Assembly: GCA_963761335.1 (NCBI GenBank)
Contig: CAVXGR010000012.1
Location: forward strand, 288,001-352,000
Source of the DNA: an uncultured delta proteobacterium
GTDB lineage: Bacteria > Desulfobacterota > Binatia > HRBIN30 > BPIQ01
Reading direction: 5' to 3'
Length of the DNA: 64,000 bases
Shown here one piece after another: positions 51,954 through 61,495 of this stretch. How positions within the stretch are numbered: the stretch's first letter is position 1; every line of letters begins with the position of its first letter. Position numbers and translations under genes: made by a program. Under the pieces are notes generated by a model, which made no database searches, had not been told where the DNA came from, and saw nothing but the letters and a program-made list of their open reading frames with translations.

Positions 51954-53135
51954 ATGACAACGGAGGGCGGCGGACTCATCGAAACGGCTGCGGGGATCCG
52001 CGAGCTGAGTGAGCGACTCGAGGACTGCAAGCGGGTCGGACTGGATACCGAGTTCGTCGGCGAGCGCACCTATGTCCCACAGCTGGAGCTGCTGCAGGTC
52101 TCGTTCGACGACGACACCGCGGTGGTGGACTGCCGGGCCGTCGCCTCGCTCGAGCCGCTGCTGCGGGTTCTGCTCGAGCGTCGCATCGAGAAGGTGGTGC
52201 ACGCCGGATATCAGGATCTGGAGCTGCTCTTCGGTCTCACCGGAGAGGTGCCATCCCCGGTCTTCGATACCCAGGTGGCCGCGGCCATGCTCGGCTACGG
52301 TGCCCAGCCCGGCTACGCGGCGCTCGTGGAGCGAGTCCTGCGGACGACGCTCGCCAAGAGCGAGACTCTCACTGACTGGTCCCGCCGGCCATTGTCCGCG
52401 AGCCAGATTGCCTATGCCCACGACGACGTTCTCCATCTCCTGCCGTTGCGAGAGCAACTCGGCGAGCGCCTGGAGAAAATGGGGCGTATGGAATGGTTGC
52501 GGGAAGAGCTGCGCCGCCTCGAGGATTCGCAGACTTACCGGCGCCCCGGCCCGGCCGAGAGCTACCTGCGGGTGCGAGGCCGCGGCGGCCTGAGCCACCG
52601 CGGCCTCGCCATCCTGCGCGAGCTGGCGACCTGGCGCGAGGAGGAGGCCGAGCGCCGCAACCGCCCGCGCGGCAGCATTCTCAGCGACGACCTCCTCGTC
52701 GAGATCGCCCGCCGCGCGCCGCAGCGAGTCGAGTCGCTGCGCAACTTTCGCGGCCAGTTCGCCCGGGTCGTCGAGCGGCATGCCTCTGCCATCGTCGAGC
52801 TCGTCGAAAAGGCGCTGGCGTTGCCGCGCGAGGCGTGGCCGCACCCGCCCAGTCATCGGCCCCTCGCCCAGCCGGCGCCCGGTGTCGTCGAGATCCTCCA
52901 GGCGGCGCTGCGGCTGAGCGCCGAGGCGGCACAGATCGCCCCGGCAATGGTGGCCACCAACGCCGATCTGCAGGCGCTGGTGGACGCCCACGAGACGGGC
53001 AGCGAGGCCAATCTGCCGCTCTTGAGCGGCTGGCGCTACGAGATCGCCGGTGCCAACCTGATCGCCCTGCTGCGCGGCGAGGCCTCCCTGCGGATCGATC
53101 CCCGCAATGGCCGGCTACAGATCGAGCGGGGCTGA
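51954..53135 (+). CDS. rnd: Ribonuclease D
   Basis: LDTEFVGERTY, KVVHAGYQDLE, FDTQVAA, TDWSRRPLS..QIAYA..DV, HRDC, GWR. Confidence 0.95.
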   Translation: MTTEGGGLIETAAGIRELSERLEDCKRVGLDTEFVGERTYVPQLELLQVSFDDDTAVVDCRAVASLEPLLRVLLERRIEKVVHAGYQDLELLFGLTGEVPSPVFDTQVAAAMLGYGAQPGYAALVERVLRTTLAKSETLTDWSRRPLSASQIAYAHDDVLHLLPLREQLGERLEKMGRMEWLREELRRLEDSQTYRRPGPAESYLRVRGRGGLSHRGLAILRELATWREEEAERRNRPRGSILSDDLLVEIARRAPQRVESLRNFRGQFARVVERHASAIVELVEKALALPREAWPHPPSHRPLAQPAPGVVEILQAALRLSAEAAQIAPAMVATNADLQALVDAHETGSEANLPLLSGWRYEIAGANLIALLRGEASLRIDPRNGRLQIERG

Positions 53136-53204
53136 GCTCGGCATGCCCGGTCGTTCGCACCTCTCGGCACACGCCTCGAGCCTCAGCGAGCGCGGCAGAT
53201 AAAG

Positions 53205-53954
53205 ATGTACCCGGTCCTCTTCCGCATCGGTCCGATCGCCGTCGAGAGCTTCTGGGTCATGGTGTTTCTCGGCTTTGCCGCCGCCGCCGTGGTGACCCGC
53301 GCCGAGTTCAAGCGCGAGGGAGTCGACCCGCACCTGACCTACGATCTGATCCTCTACGCCTATGTCGGCGGCCTGCTCGGCGCGCGACTCTTCCTGCTGT
53401 TCACTGACTGGGATCTCTTCATCGCGGATCCGTTCACCTTCCTGTTCTCCGGCAGCGGCTGGGTCTGGTACGGCGGCCTCATCGGCGGCGCGCTCGCCGT
53501 GACCGCCGGCTCGCTCTACCACCGCATCCCGATCGCCGTGGTCGCCGACGCCGCCGGTCCGGCGCTGGCGATCGCGCAGGCGATCGGCCGAATGGGCTGC
53601 CAGCTCGCCGGCGACGGCGACTACGGGATCCCGACCAGTCTCCCCTGGGGAATGAGCTATCCGCACGGTGTCGTCCCCACCACCGAGCTGGTCCATCCGA
53701 CGCCGATCTACGAAGCGATCCTCTATACGGCGATCTTTTTCTGGCTCTGGCGGCGGCGCGGCAAGATGGCCTCCGCCGAGCCCTTCGCGCAGTACCTCAT
53801 TCTCAGCGGCATAGCGCGCTTCGGCGTCGAGTTCCTGCGGCGCAATCCGGTGGTCGCCGGCGGCCTCACCGTGGCGCAGTGGATCAGCGTCGCCAGCGTC
53901 CTGCTCGGCGTCGGGCTGGTCGTCGCCTTCAGAAGAAAGCCAGCCGTTGGGTAG
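53205..53954 (+). CDS. lgt: Prolipoprotein diacylglyceryl transferase
   Basis: GARL, WYGG, AIGRMGC..GD..YG, HPTPIYE, RFGVEFLR. Confidence 0.93.
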   Translation: MYPVLFRIGPIAVESFWVMVFLGFAAAAVVTRAEFKREGVDPHLTYDLILYAYVGGLLGARLFLLFTDWDLFIADPFTFLFSGSGWVWYGGLIGGALAVTAGSLYHRIPIAVVADAAGPALAIAQAIGRMGCQLAGDGDYGIPTSLPWGMSYPHGVVPTTELVHPTPIYEAILYTAIFFWLWRRRGKMASAEPFAQYLILSGIARFGVEFLRRNPVVAGGLTVAQWISVASVLLGVGLVVAFRRKPAVG

Positions 53955-54846
53955 CTCGGCGGCTCGCTGACGCGGATCTCGGCAGAGCGACCGGGCCGGC
54001 GAACGACCGGGGCAGCGGGCAACCGGGGGGCGGCATCTCGCCGAAGATGATGTCGATCGCCGCGTTCAGGTCGGCGAGGTCGATCGAGCCATCACAAGTG
54101 GCGTCGGCGCCTCCGCAGGAGCCGGGCATGCCGAGATCCCACACCTGCAACACGGCCGGAAGGTCGCCCGCGGTGATCACCCCGTCGCAGTTGGCGTCGC
54201 CGGGCAGCGGCTGGGGAGTCGGCGTCGCGGTCGGCGGTGGCGTCGGACTCTGCGTCAACGTCGGGGTCGCGGTCGCGCTCGGCGTCGGAGTCCCGGTCGC
54301 GCCGCCGGCCACGACATTGACCCAGTAGGTCGTCGCCGCCCCCAGATCACCCGTCTGATCGCGGCTCAGATTCACGCTGTTTCCGGCGCCGAACAAAGTC
54401 TGCGTTCCCGCCGCGAGCGGCGCCGTCCAGGTAAACTCCCACGACGCCACGGCGTCGACGTTGTCCTTCGGGCTGGTGTGCGTCAGCTCGACCGATCCCG
54501 CCGGACCGACAGCGATCTCTCCCTGTCCCTCAACCTGGTCCAGCTTCCCGTCGCTGCTGGCGACGTTGAAGCCGGCGGCCACCTGCGTGGCCGGGGCCGC
54601 GGACTGCACCGTGAAGTGAAAGGTCGCCGTCGCCCCGGCCGCCATCTCTTGAGGGCCGTCGAAGCTCACCGTGGGAGCAACTCCACCGCTGTGGCAGGAG
54701 TCGCAGAAGGTGCCGAACTTGCCCGATTGTCCGATGACGCCGGAAGAGCTCGCCTGCGCCGCACTCGCAGCGACGCCCAGGGCGACGGCCGCAGCGGCGA
54801 CCAGGAACCGGATGTGGGCGGGTGCACGGAGATGCCAGGGAAACAT
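53929..54846 (-). CDS. Secreted CxxCH/Reeler-like protein with PT linker and dockerin-like C-terminus
   Basis: Signal ending AQA; FCDSCH; ELTH; WEFTWTAP; PT linker; GDANCDGVITAGDL...ADATCDGSIDLADL. Start uncertain. Confidence 0.75.
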   Translation of the reverse strand: MFPWHLRAPAHIRFLVAAAAVALGVAASAAQASSSGVIGQSGKFGTFCDSCHSGGVAPTVSFDGPQEMAAGATATFHFTVQSAAPATQVAAGFNVASSDGKLDQVEGQGEIAVGPAGSVELTHTSPKDNVDAVASWEFTWTAPLAAGTQTLFGAGNSVNLSRDQTGDLGAATTYWVNVVAGGATGTPTPSATATPTLTQSPTPPPTATPTPQPLPGDANCDGVITAGDLPAVLQVWDLGMPGSCGGADATCDGSIDLADLNAAIDIIFGEMPPPGCPLPRSFAGPVALPRSASASRRATQRLAFF

Positions 54847-55107
54847 GCCGCTGATCCTCGAGACGGGCCCACATGTACGCGCACAGCTGCTGGCATTGGG
54901 GTTAGGCGAGCCGCCGGCCGCAGTCAAGCCGGGCACGTCACACATCAATAGTTGCACGAAGGTCATAATCGGCCGCCACAGCGGGTGTCACCCGATCACC
55001 GCTGAGCCGTCAAAATAGCCGCCAAAGTACGTCACCGCGCAGCCTAGCTCGCTATAGAGCGGCACTTCGACCTCGACAAGTACTGTGCGCGCGAACCTCC
55101 GGCCAGC

Positions 55108-55123
55108 TGGTACGACGGTTGCT
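55108..55123 (+). promoter_or_regulatory. sigma54 (-24/-12) promoter of the pilin gene
   Basis: TGGTACG-ACGG-TTGCT matches TGGCACG-N4-TTGCW with correct spacing, about 50 bp upstream of the pilin ATG. Confidence 0.75.
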
Positions 55124-55175
55124 TGCTGGAGCAAACGAGAGGTGAGCGCCTCCGCTGGAAAAGAGGACGTCGGCC

Positions 55176-55580
55176 ATGCATTCACAAAAGGGATTCACAC
55201 TGCTCGAGCTCCTGGTCACCATGACCATCGTCTTCATCCTGTCGTCGATGGCGATCCAGGCGTACAACGCGTATCGCATGCGATCTTACGAGGCGGTCGC
55301 CATGAGCTACATGCGCAACTGGGTAGCGGCGCAGGAGCTCTATCTGCAGACCTACGGCCACTACGCCGACGCCGACGAGCAGCTGCAGACGCAGCTTCAT
55401 GTTCTCTACGTGCCGAACATGACCAAGGTTCCGTACGACTTCTCCATCGACTCCGGCAACACGGCGACGGAGACCTGGTATGGGCGGGCACGCCCGCTCA
55501 AGAGCGGCCTGCGCTACTTCTACATCGACTATAGCGGACGCCTGCTCTGGTCGATGTCAGGCCCACCCAGCCCGCCCTGA
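55176..55580 (+). CDS. Type IV pilin-like protein (prepilin N-terminal cleavage/methylation motif)
   Basis: QKG|FTLLELLVTMTIVFILSSMA class III signal with E5; PilE/PilA-like body. Confidence 0.92.
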   Translation: MHSQKGFTLLELLVTMTIVFILSSMAIQAYNAYRMRSYEAVAMSYMRNWVAAQELYLQTYGHYADADEQLQTQLHVLYVPNMTKVPYDFSIDSGNTATETWYGRARPLKSGLRYFYIDYSGRLLWSMSGPPSPP

Positions 55581-55584
55581 ATCT

Positions 55585-56145
55585 CTATTTGATCAGGCGG
55601 TGGATGGCCTTGAACTCGGGTGCCGCGGCGGTGCGGACCCATTCGAGGCAGATCATCTCGACCGTCGCCGGCACGGCACCCGAACCGATCATCTTCTCCC
55701 AGGCGACCTGATAGTCGGACGCGAAGCGCGAGGAGATCGCATCTCGGGCGACGTGCACGGTATAGCCGGCTGCGAGGAGGTCGTGCACCGTCTGATTGAC
55801 GCAGGCATGCGCTTCGATGCCGCAGACGACCACCTGCCGCCGGCCGAGCGCTTCGAGCTGGCGGGCGAAGCTGGGCTCCCCGCAGCAGCTCATCGACATC
55901 TTCTCGACCGCAGAGACACCCGCGGGAAGCGCTCGACGCACTTCCTCCAGCAGCCGCCCCAGCCCCTTGGGATACTGCTCGGTCGCGACGACCGGCACAC
56001 CCATCACCTTGGCCGCCTCGATCAGCGTGCAGACGCCTTTCACCATGCGCTCGTGCTCGACCGTCAGACCGCGATAGGCCTCCTGGACGTCGATCACCAC
56101 CAGGGCGCTGGCGAGGCGATCGAGAGTGCGCGGATTCGCTGCCAT
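55585..56145 (-). CDS. Isochorismatase-family cysteine hydrolase
   Basis: VIDVQE, TEQYPKGLG, EKMSMSC, CGIEAHACVNQT. Confidence 0.93.
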   Translation of the reverse strand: MAANPRTLDRLASALVVIDVQEAYRGLTVEHERMVKGVCTLIEAAKVMGVPVVATEQYPKGLGRLLEEVRRALPAGVSAVEKMSMSCCGEPSFARQLEALGRRQVVVCGIEAHACVNQTVHDLLAAGYTVHVARDAISSRFASDYQVAWEKMIGSGAVPATVEMICLEWVRTAAAPEFKAIHRLIK

Positions 56146-56168
56146 CGGCAAACCGAGCCGGGTGAGGC

Positions 56169-56813
56169 TCAGTGGGTGATCACCCTGATCGGCGGTGGCG
56201 GCATGTTGGGCAGGCCGCGCGGCAGGAAGAGGTTGAGCGCCGGCCCCGGCGGGAAGAAACGCGGGGCGTACACGTACGGCCCTTCCCGGTCGATCGCGAA
56301 CTGGTCCTGAAGCAGCATGCGCAGCGTCTGATGCCGCGAGCGGCCGCGGTCGAAGGAGGTCGTCACCAGGGGTTGCCGATAACACCGGCCGTAGTAGCAG
56401 TAGCTCGGGTACGGTGGCGGTGGCGGCGCGCTGCTCACCGCCGCGACCAGCGGCGCGTTGAACTGCACCACCGCCGGGGCCTGCTGCGCCTCCGCCATTC
56501 CCTGCCGCAGGCCGGCCGCATAGGCATCCTCCACGGAAGGCGCGTAGCGAACCACCTCCGCCTGCCGCTCTTCGGGCGCCGCTCGTTGCGGCGGCTGTGT
56601 CGCCGGCTCGCTGCCGGCGGTGCTCGCCGCTCGCGCCGGCTCGGCGACCAGGACCGTCGCGTCCTGGCGCTGCGCCTCGGGCACGAGCTCGCGCGAGTTG
56701 GTGTAGTGCCTCACCCCCTGCGCATCGTGCCACACATAGATGTCGGCGCCGGCGGGAGCGGCGCAGAGAAGAGCCATGGCGACAGCTGCGATGGTGGCGG
56801 TCATGGTTCCCAT
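56169..56813 (-). CDS. Secreted DUF4124-domain protein
   Basis: Signal ending AGA-D; IYVWHDAQGVRHYTN; Pro/Tyr-rich C-terminal part. Confidence 0.8.
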   Translation of the reverse strand: MGTMTATIAAVAMALLCAAPAGADIYVWHDAQGVRHYTNSRELVPEAQRQDATVLVAEPARAASTAGSEPATQPPQRAAPEERQAEVVRYAPSVEDAYAAGLRQGMAEAQQAPAVVQFNAPLVAAVSSAPPPPPYPSYCYYGRCYRQPLVTTSFDRGRSRHQTLRMLLQDQFAIDREGPYVYAPRFFPPGPALNLFLPRGLPNMPPPPIRVITH

Positions 56814-56904
56814 GGCAGGGCAATTCTACTGCGCCGCGGCGAGTGCGGCAACCAATTAGACCCGCAAGCGGCAATCCGCTATGGGGAACGGCCGGAAGAC
56901 GATC

Positions 56905-57417
56905 ATGAGCTTCGAGAGCGAATGCGGCCTGGCCGCCGACACCAAGGTCGAGACGCCCGAGGGACCGATGACCGTCCGCGGGCTCGCCGGCAAGAGCATA
57001 TCCGTCTTCACGCGCGACCATGCCGGCACGGTCGTCTTCCGCCCCACGGCGGACGTGCGCAAGATTGCCGACGACGCCCCCGTCTTGCGCATCGCTCTGG
57101 ACAACGGCTGGAGCTTCCGCGTCATCCCTGGGCAGATCCTGTTCACGGTCGCCATGGAGCCGATCCGCGCCGCCGAGCTCAAAGCGGGAAACGAGTTGCT
57201 GCCGGCGTTCCACTACCCGGCCGGCTACCATTACTTCACCGATCAGGGCGAGGAGCGGGTGTCGACCGCGGCGCTGCGCGTCGCCGAGATCGCCCCGCCG
57301 GGAGCCGCCGAGGTGTACTCACTGCGCGTCAAGCAAACGGGCTGCTTCTTTCTCAGCGCCGGCGTCCTCTGCCGCGCCGAGGCCGCCCCGATTGACCCGG
57401 CCGTGCACGCCGACTAG
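56905..57417 (+). CDS. Stand-alone Hint (intein-like) domain protein lacking splicing residues
   Basis: Block A GLAADTKVETPEG, block B GWSFRVIPGQILFT, AAELKAG, block F EVYSLRVKQTGCFF, block G AGVLCRA; only short flanks. Confidence 0.75.
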   Translation: MSFESECGLAADTKVETPEGPMTVRGLAGKSISVFTRDHAGTVVFRPTADVRKIADDAPVLRIALDNGWSFRVIPGQILFTVAMEPIRAAELKAGNELLPAFHYPAGYHYFTDQGEERVSTAALRVAEIAPPGAAEVYSLRVKQTGCFFLSAGVLCRAEAAPIDPAVHAD

Positions 57418-57426
57418 AGGGCCGGA

Positions 57427-58611
57427 ATGAGCACGGAGAACCTGGCATCGTTTCGCGCCGAGCTGCGCCAGTGGCTGGCGGCCAACCTTCCCGACGATCT
57501 GCGCCCGGAGCGGGCCGCCGATCTCCCCGAGGCGGAGCGCGTGCAGCGCCTGCGCGCCTGGCAGAAGAAGCTGGCCGAGGCGCGCTGGGTCGGCATCACC
57601 TGGCCGGAGGAGTATGGCGGCCGCGGCGCCTCCATCCCGCAGCAGATCGCCTACACCCAGGAGATGGCGCGCGCCGAGGCACCCGAGGTGGTCGGCAGCC
57701 TGGGCATCGGCATCGCCGGTCCTCCCCTGATCGCCTACGGCACCGAGGAGCAGAAACGGCGCTTCGCCCGCCGCATTCTGAGCGCCGACGATCTCTGGTG
57801 CTTCGGCTTCTCGGAGCCGGGAGCGGGCTCCGATCTCGCCTCGCTGCGCACCCGTGCCGATCTCGACGGCGACCACTTCGTGCTCAGCGGACAGAAGGTG
57901 TGGACGACGCTGGCGCATCACGCCGGCTGGTGCATGGTGCTGTGCCGAACCGATCCCGAGTCGGCGCGGCGCCAGGGAATCTCCTGCCTGCTGGTCGACA
58001 TGAAGAGTCCAGGGGTCACCGTGCGCCCGCTGCGGCAGATCGGCGGCCAGTCGGAGTTCAACGAGATCTTCTTCGAAGAGGTGCGCGTTCCCCGGGAGAA
58101 CATGCTCGGCGAGCTGCACGGCGGCTGGCAGATCGCCACCGCCGCGCTGCAGAACGAGCGCGGCATTCTCTACGTGGTGGAGATGCAGATCCTGCTGACC
58201 AAGGCGCGCGATCAGCTCGTCCGCCTGGCGCGCCAGCGGCCGGCGGCACAGGACCCGATCCAGCGGCAGGCGCTCGCCGACGTGTACCTCGGCGTCGAGA
58301 CCTTCCGGCAGACGTGCCAGCGCACTCTCGAGAAGCTGCTGCGCATGGGCATGCCCGGCCCGGAGGCCTCGATCATCAAGCTGCACTGGACCGAGCTCAC
58401 CCAGGCGATGGCGCGCATCGGCATGTCGATCATCGGCATGGAGGGCCTGCTCTACGACACCCCCAGCGAGGCGCAGCCGCGCGGCAATCCCGACCAGGCA
58501 GTGCAGCGCTCGTTCCTCTTCGCGCCGGCCGCCAGCATCGCCTCCGGCACCTCGGAGATCATGCGCGGCATCATCGCCATGCAGGTCCTGGGATTGCCGC
58601 GCGGCAGGTGA
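57427..58611 (+). CDS. Acyl-CoA dehydrogenase (FadE-type)
   Basis: WPEEYGGRG, WCFGFSEPGAGSDLASL, GQKVWTT, FNEIFF, LQNER, IASGTSEIMR..LGLPR. Confidence 0.94.
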   Translation: MSTENLASFRAELRQWLAANLPDDLRPERAADLPEAERVQRLRAWQKKLAEARWVGITWPEEYGGRGASIPQQIAYTQEMARAEAPEVVGSLGIGIAGPPLIAYGTEEQKRRFARRILSADDLWCFGFSEPGAGSDLASLRTRADLDGDHFVLSGQKVWTTLAHHAGWCMVLCRTDPESARRQGISCLLVDMKSPGVTVRPLRQIGGQSEFNEIFFEEVRVPRENMLGELHGGWQIATAALQNERGILYVVEMQILLTKARDQLVRLARQRPAAQDPIQRQALADVYLGVETFRQTCQRTLEKLLRMGMPGPEASIIKLHWTELTQAMARIGMSIIGMEGLLYDTPSEAQPRGNPDQAVQRSFLFAPAASIASGTSEIMRGIIAMQVLGLPRGR

Positions 58612-58705
58612 CCGCCATCGGTTGACGACCGCCCGGAAAAATGCGATCAGCCCTGTTTCCCGAGTGGTTCCCACCTCGCGCAGTAAAAACAGGGAGTTTC
58701 GAAAC

Positions 58706-60013
58706 ATGCACGAGATCAACAAGGTAGTCATCCTCGGCGCCAACGGCACCATGGGCGCGGGCAGTGCCGAGGTATTCGCGGCCGACGGCTGCGAGGTGAC
58801 ATTGCTGGCCCGCGCCGTCGACAAGGCGCGCGAGGGACTGGTGGGTGCCCAGAACATGGCGCGCTCGGAGCGCATCGCCGATCGCATGAAGCTCGGCAAC
58901 TACGACGGCGACCTGGTCGAGGCCGTGCGCGAGGCGGACCTGATCTTCGAGGCACTGGCCGAGGACATCGAGCTGAAGAAAGCGTTCTTCACCCGCGTCG
59001 ACGAGCACCGCCGGCCCGAATCGATCGTCGCCACCGTATCCTCGGGACTCTCGATCGCCGAGATGGCGGCAGGTCGCAGCCCGAGCTTTCAGAAGAACTT
59101 CCTCGGCATCCACCTGTTCAACCCGCCCCATGTGATCGTCGGCACCGAGGTGATTCCCCACGGCGGTACGGCGCCCGAGCTGGTACCCGAGGTGATCGAC
59201 ATGCTCGAGCGCCGCTTTGGCCGCGTCGTCACCCTCTGCCGCGACATGCCGGCTTTCGCCGGCAATCGCGTCGGCTTCAAGGTCCTCAACGAGGTGGCGC
59301 AGCTCGCTACCGGTCACGGCGTCGCCTTCATGGATTATCTGATCGGACCGTACACCGGCCGCGCCATGCCGCCGCTGGCGACCGTGGATCTGGTGGGATG
59401 GGACGTCCACAAGGCGATCGTCGACAACGTGCATGCGCACACCGACGACGAGGCCCACGACACCTTCGAGCTGCCGACCTACATGGCGGAGCTCGTCGAC
59501 GACGGCCACCTGGGCAACAAGACCCCCGAGCACGGCGGCTTCTACCGGCGCGTCAAGCAGGACGGCAAGGCGGTCAATCTGGTTCTCGACCCCTCGAGCG
59601 GCAACTACAAGGCGCCGGCGGAGTGCAAGGTCGCTCCCCTGCCCTGGGTCGAGAAGATGAGGCAGATGAACGAAATCGGCCGCTATGCCGATGCCACCCA
59701 GATCTTCATCCAGGCCGAGGGCGACGAGGCCGACCTCGCCCGCAAGGTGATCTTCGGCTACGTCAGCTACGCCCTCAACCGCGTCGGCGATGGCGAGGTG
59801 GTCCGCGAGCCGCGCGACGTCGACCGCATCATGGGCTTCGGCTTCAACTGGGCGCCACCGACGGTGCTGGTCGACCTGATCGGGGTGAAGGCGGCGATCA
59901 AGGCGATCGAGCGCTGCGGCCTCAAGGTGCCCAAGGTGTTGACCCAGGCGGACGCGTCGAAGCCGCTGTTCCGCGAGCCGCACGTCAACGTCGGCCGTTT
60001 CTTCGCCGCCTGA
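58706..60013 (+). CDS. 3-hydroxyacyl-CoA dehydrogenase family protein
   Basis: LGANGTMG, FEALAEDIELK, GIHLFNPP, FAGNR, duplicated C-terminal domain (DVDRIMGFGFNW). Confidence 0.9.
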   Translation: MHEINKVVILGANGTMGAGSAEVFAADGCEVTLLARAVDKAREGLVGAQNMARSERIADRMKLGNYDGDLVEAVREADLIFEALAEDIELKKAFFTRVDEHRRPESIVATVSSGLSIAEMAAGRSPSFQKNFLGIHLFNPPHVIVGTEVIPHGGTAPELVPEVIDMLERRFGRVVTLCRDMPAFAGNRVGFKVLNEVAQLATGHGVAFMDYLIGPYTGRAMPPLATVDLVGWDVHKAIVDNVHAHTDDEAHDTFELPTYMAELVDDGHLGNKTPEHGGFYRRVKQDGKAVNLVLDPSSGNYKAPAECKVAPLPWVEKMRQMNEIGRYADATQIFIQAEGDEADLARKVIFGYVSYALNRVGDGEVVREPRDVDRIMGFGFNWAPPTVLVDLIGVKAAIKAIERCGLKVPKVLTQADASKPLFREPHVNVGRFFAA

Positions 60014-60138
60014 AGGACCCGACAGCGCTATTCGGAAACGCCTGCTCCCGCGCCCCTGGGCCACCTTGCGCCAGCGAGAAGCGCGATGGTAAGCTGTGCG
60101 GGCTCGCCAACGAGCACACACAGGACGAGGAGGCAATC

Positions 60139-61368
60139 ATGGCAGCACCGATATACGTTCTCGGCGGATACCAGACTGACTTCGCGCGCAACTGGCAGAA
60201 AGAGCGCAAGCACATCGCCGCCATGCTGCGCGAGGCGGTGCAGGGAGGCCTGGAGGCCACCGGCATCGAGGCGGGCGAGGTCGAGGTCGGCCACGTCGGC
60301 AACTTCGCCGCCGAGCTGTACGCCATGCAGGGCCATCTCGGCGCCTTCCTCGTCGACATCGAGCCGAGCTTCTCCGGCCTGCCGACCTCGCGCCACGAGG
60401 CGGCCTGCGCCTCGGGAAGCATCGCCATTCTCGCCGCCTCGGCCGAGATCGAGGCCGGTCGCTACGGCCTGGCCATGGTGGTCGGCGTCGAGCAGATGAA
60501 GACCGTCGACCCCGCCAAGGGCGGAGACTATCTCGGCACCGCGGCGTGGTACTCGCGCGAGGCCCAGGGGATCGAGTTTCCGTTTCCCAAGCTCTTCGGC
60601 CGCCTCGGCGACGAGTACGACAAGCGATTCGGTCTGAAGGACGAGCACCTGGCGCACATCTCGGCGGTCAACTATTCGAACGCCAAGCGCAACCCCAACG
60701 CGCAGACGCGCACCTGGTACATGACCGAGGAGCACGCCCGCGCCACCGGCAAGTACAACACCGTCATCGGCGGCCGCATCAAGATCGCCGACTGCTCGCA
60801 GGTGACCGATGGCGCCACCTCCCTCTTCCTGGCCTCGGAGAAGTGCGCCGGCGAGTACGCCAAGCGCCGCGGGCTGAAGCTGGCCGAAATTCCCCGCCTG
60901 CTCGGCTGGGGCCATCACACCGCCCCGATCGAGTTCAGCAGCAAGGTTGCCGAGAGCAAGGACAATCCCTACGTGCTGCCGCACACCCGGCAGGCCATTC
61001 TCGACGCCTTCCGCCGCGCCGACGTCGCCGACGTTTCCGCCATCGACGCCATCGAGACGCACGACTGCTTCACCACCTCGGAGTACATGGCCATCGATCA
61101 CTTCGGCATCACCGCTCCCGGCGAGTCGTGGAAGGCCGTCGAGGACGGCTCCATCGAGATGGGCGGGAGGATCCCCATCAATCCGAGTGGCGGCCTCATC
61201 GGCTGCGGTCACCCGGTCGGCGCCACCGGAACCCGGCAGGTGCTCGACGCCTACAAGCAGGTGACCGGGCAGTGCGGCGACTACCAGGTGGAGAACGCCA
61301 AGAAGGTCGCCACTCTCAACATCGGCGGGAGCGGCACGACCAGCGTCTCCTTCGTGGTCGGCTGCTGA
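60139..61368 (+). CDS. Thiolase (SCP2-type, acetyl-CoA acetyltransferase family)
   Basis: EAACASG, SQVTDGA, ETHDCF, NPSGGLI..GHPVGATG; SD GAGGAGG. Confidence 0.93.
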   Translation: MAAPIYVLGGYQTDFARNWQKERKHIAAMLREAVQGGLEATGIEAGEVEVGHVGNFAAELYAMQGHLGAFLVDIEPSFSGLPTSRHEAACASGSIAILAASAEIEAGRYGLAMVVGVEQMKTVDPAKGGDYLGTAAWYSREAQGIEFPFPKLFGRLGDEYDKRFGLKDEHLAHISAVNYSNAKRNPNAQTRTWYMTEEHARATGKYNTVIGGRIKIADCSQVTDGATSLFLASEKCAGEYAKRRGLKLAEIPRLLGWGHHTAPIEFSSKVAESKDNPYVLPHTRQAILDAFRRADVADVSAIDAIETHDCFTTSEYMAIDHFGITAPGESWKAVEDGSIEMGGRIPINPSGGLIGCGHPVGATGTRQVLDAYKQVTGQCGDYQVENAKKVATLNIGGSGTTSVSFVVGC

Positions 61369-61495
61369 GCCGGCTCTACGCCGCAAATGCGAAACGGGCG
61401 CTGCGAGATCGCGCGCGATCCGTCGCGCCTGCTCACGCCGACTCTCAACTGAGCATACGTATCGCCCTCATCGGAGCGATGCTATGCTCTTGCCG

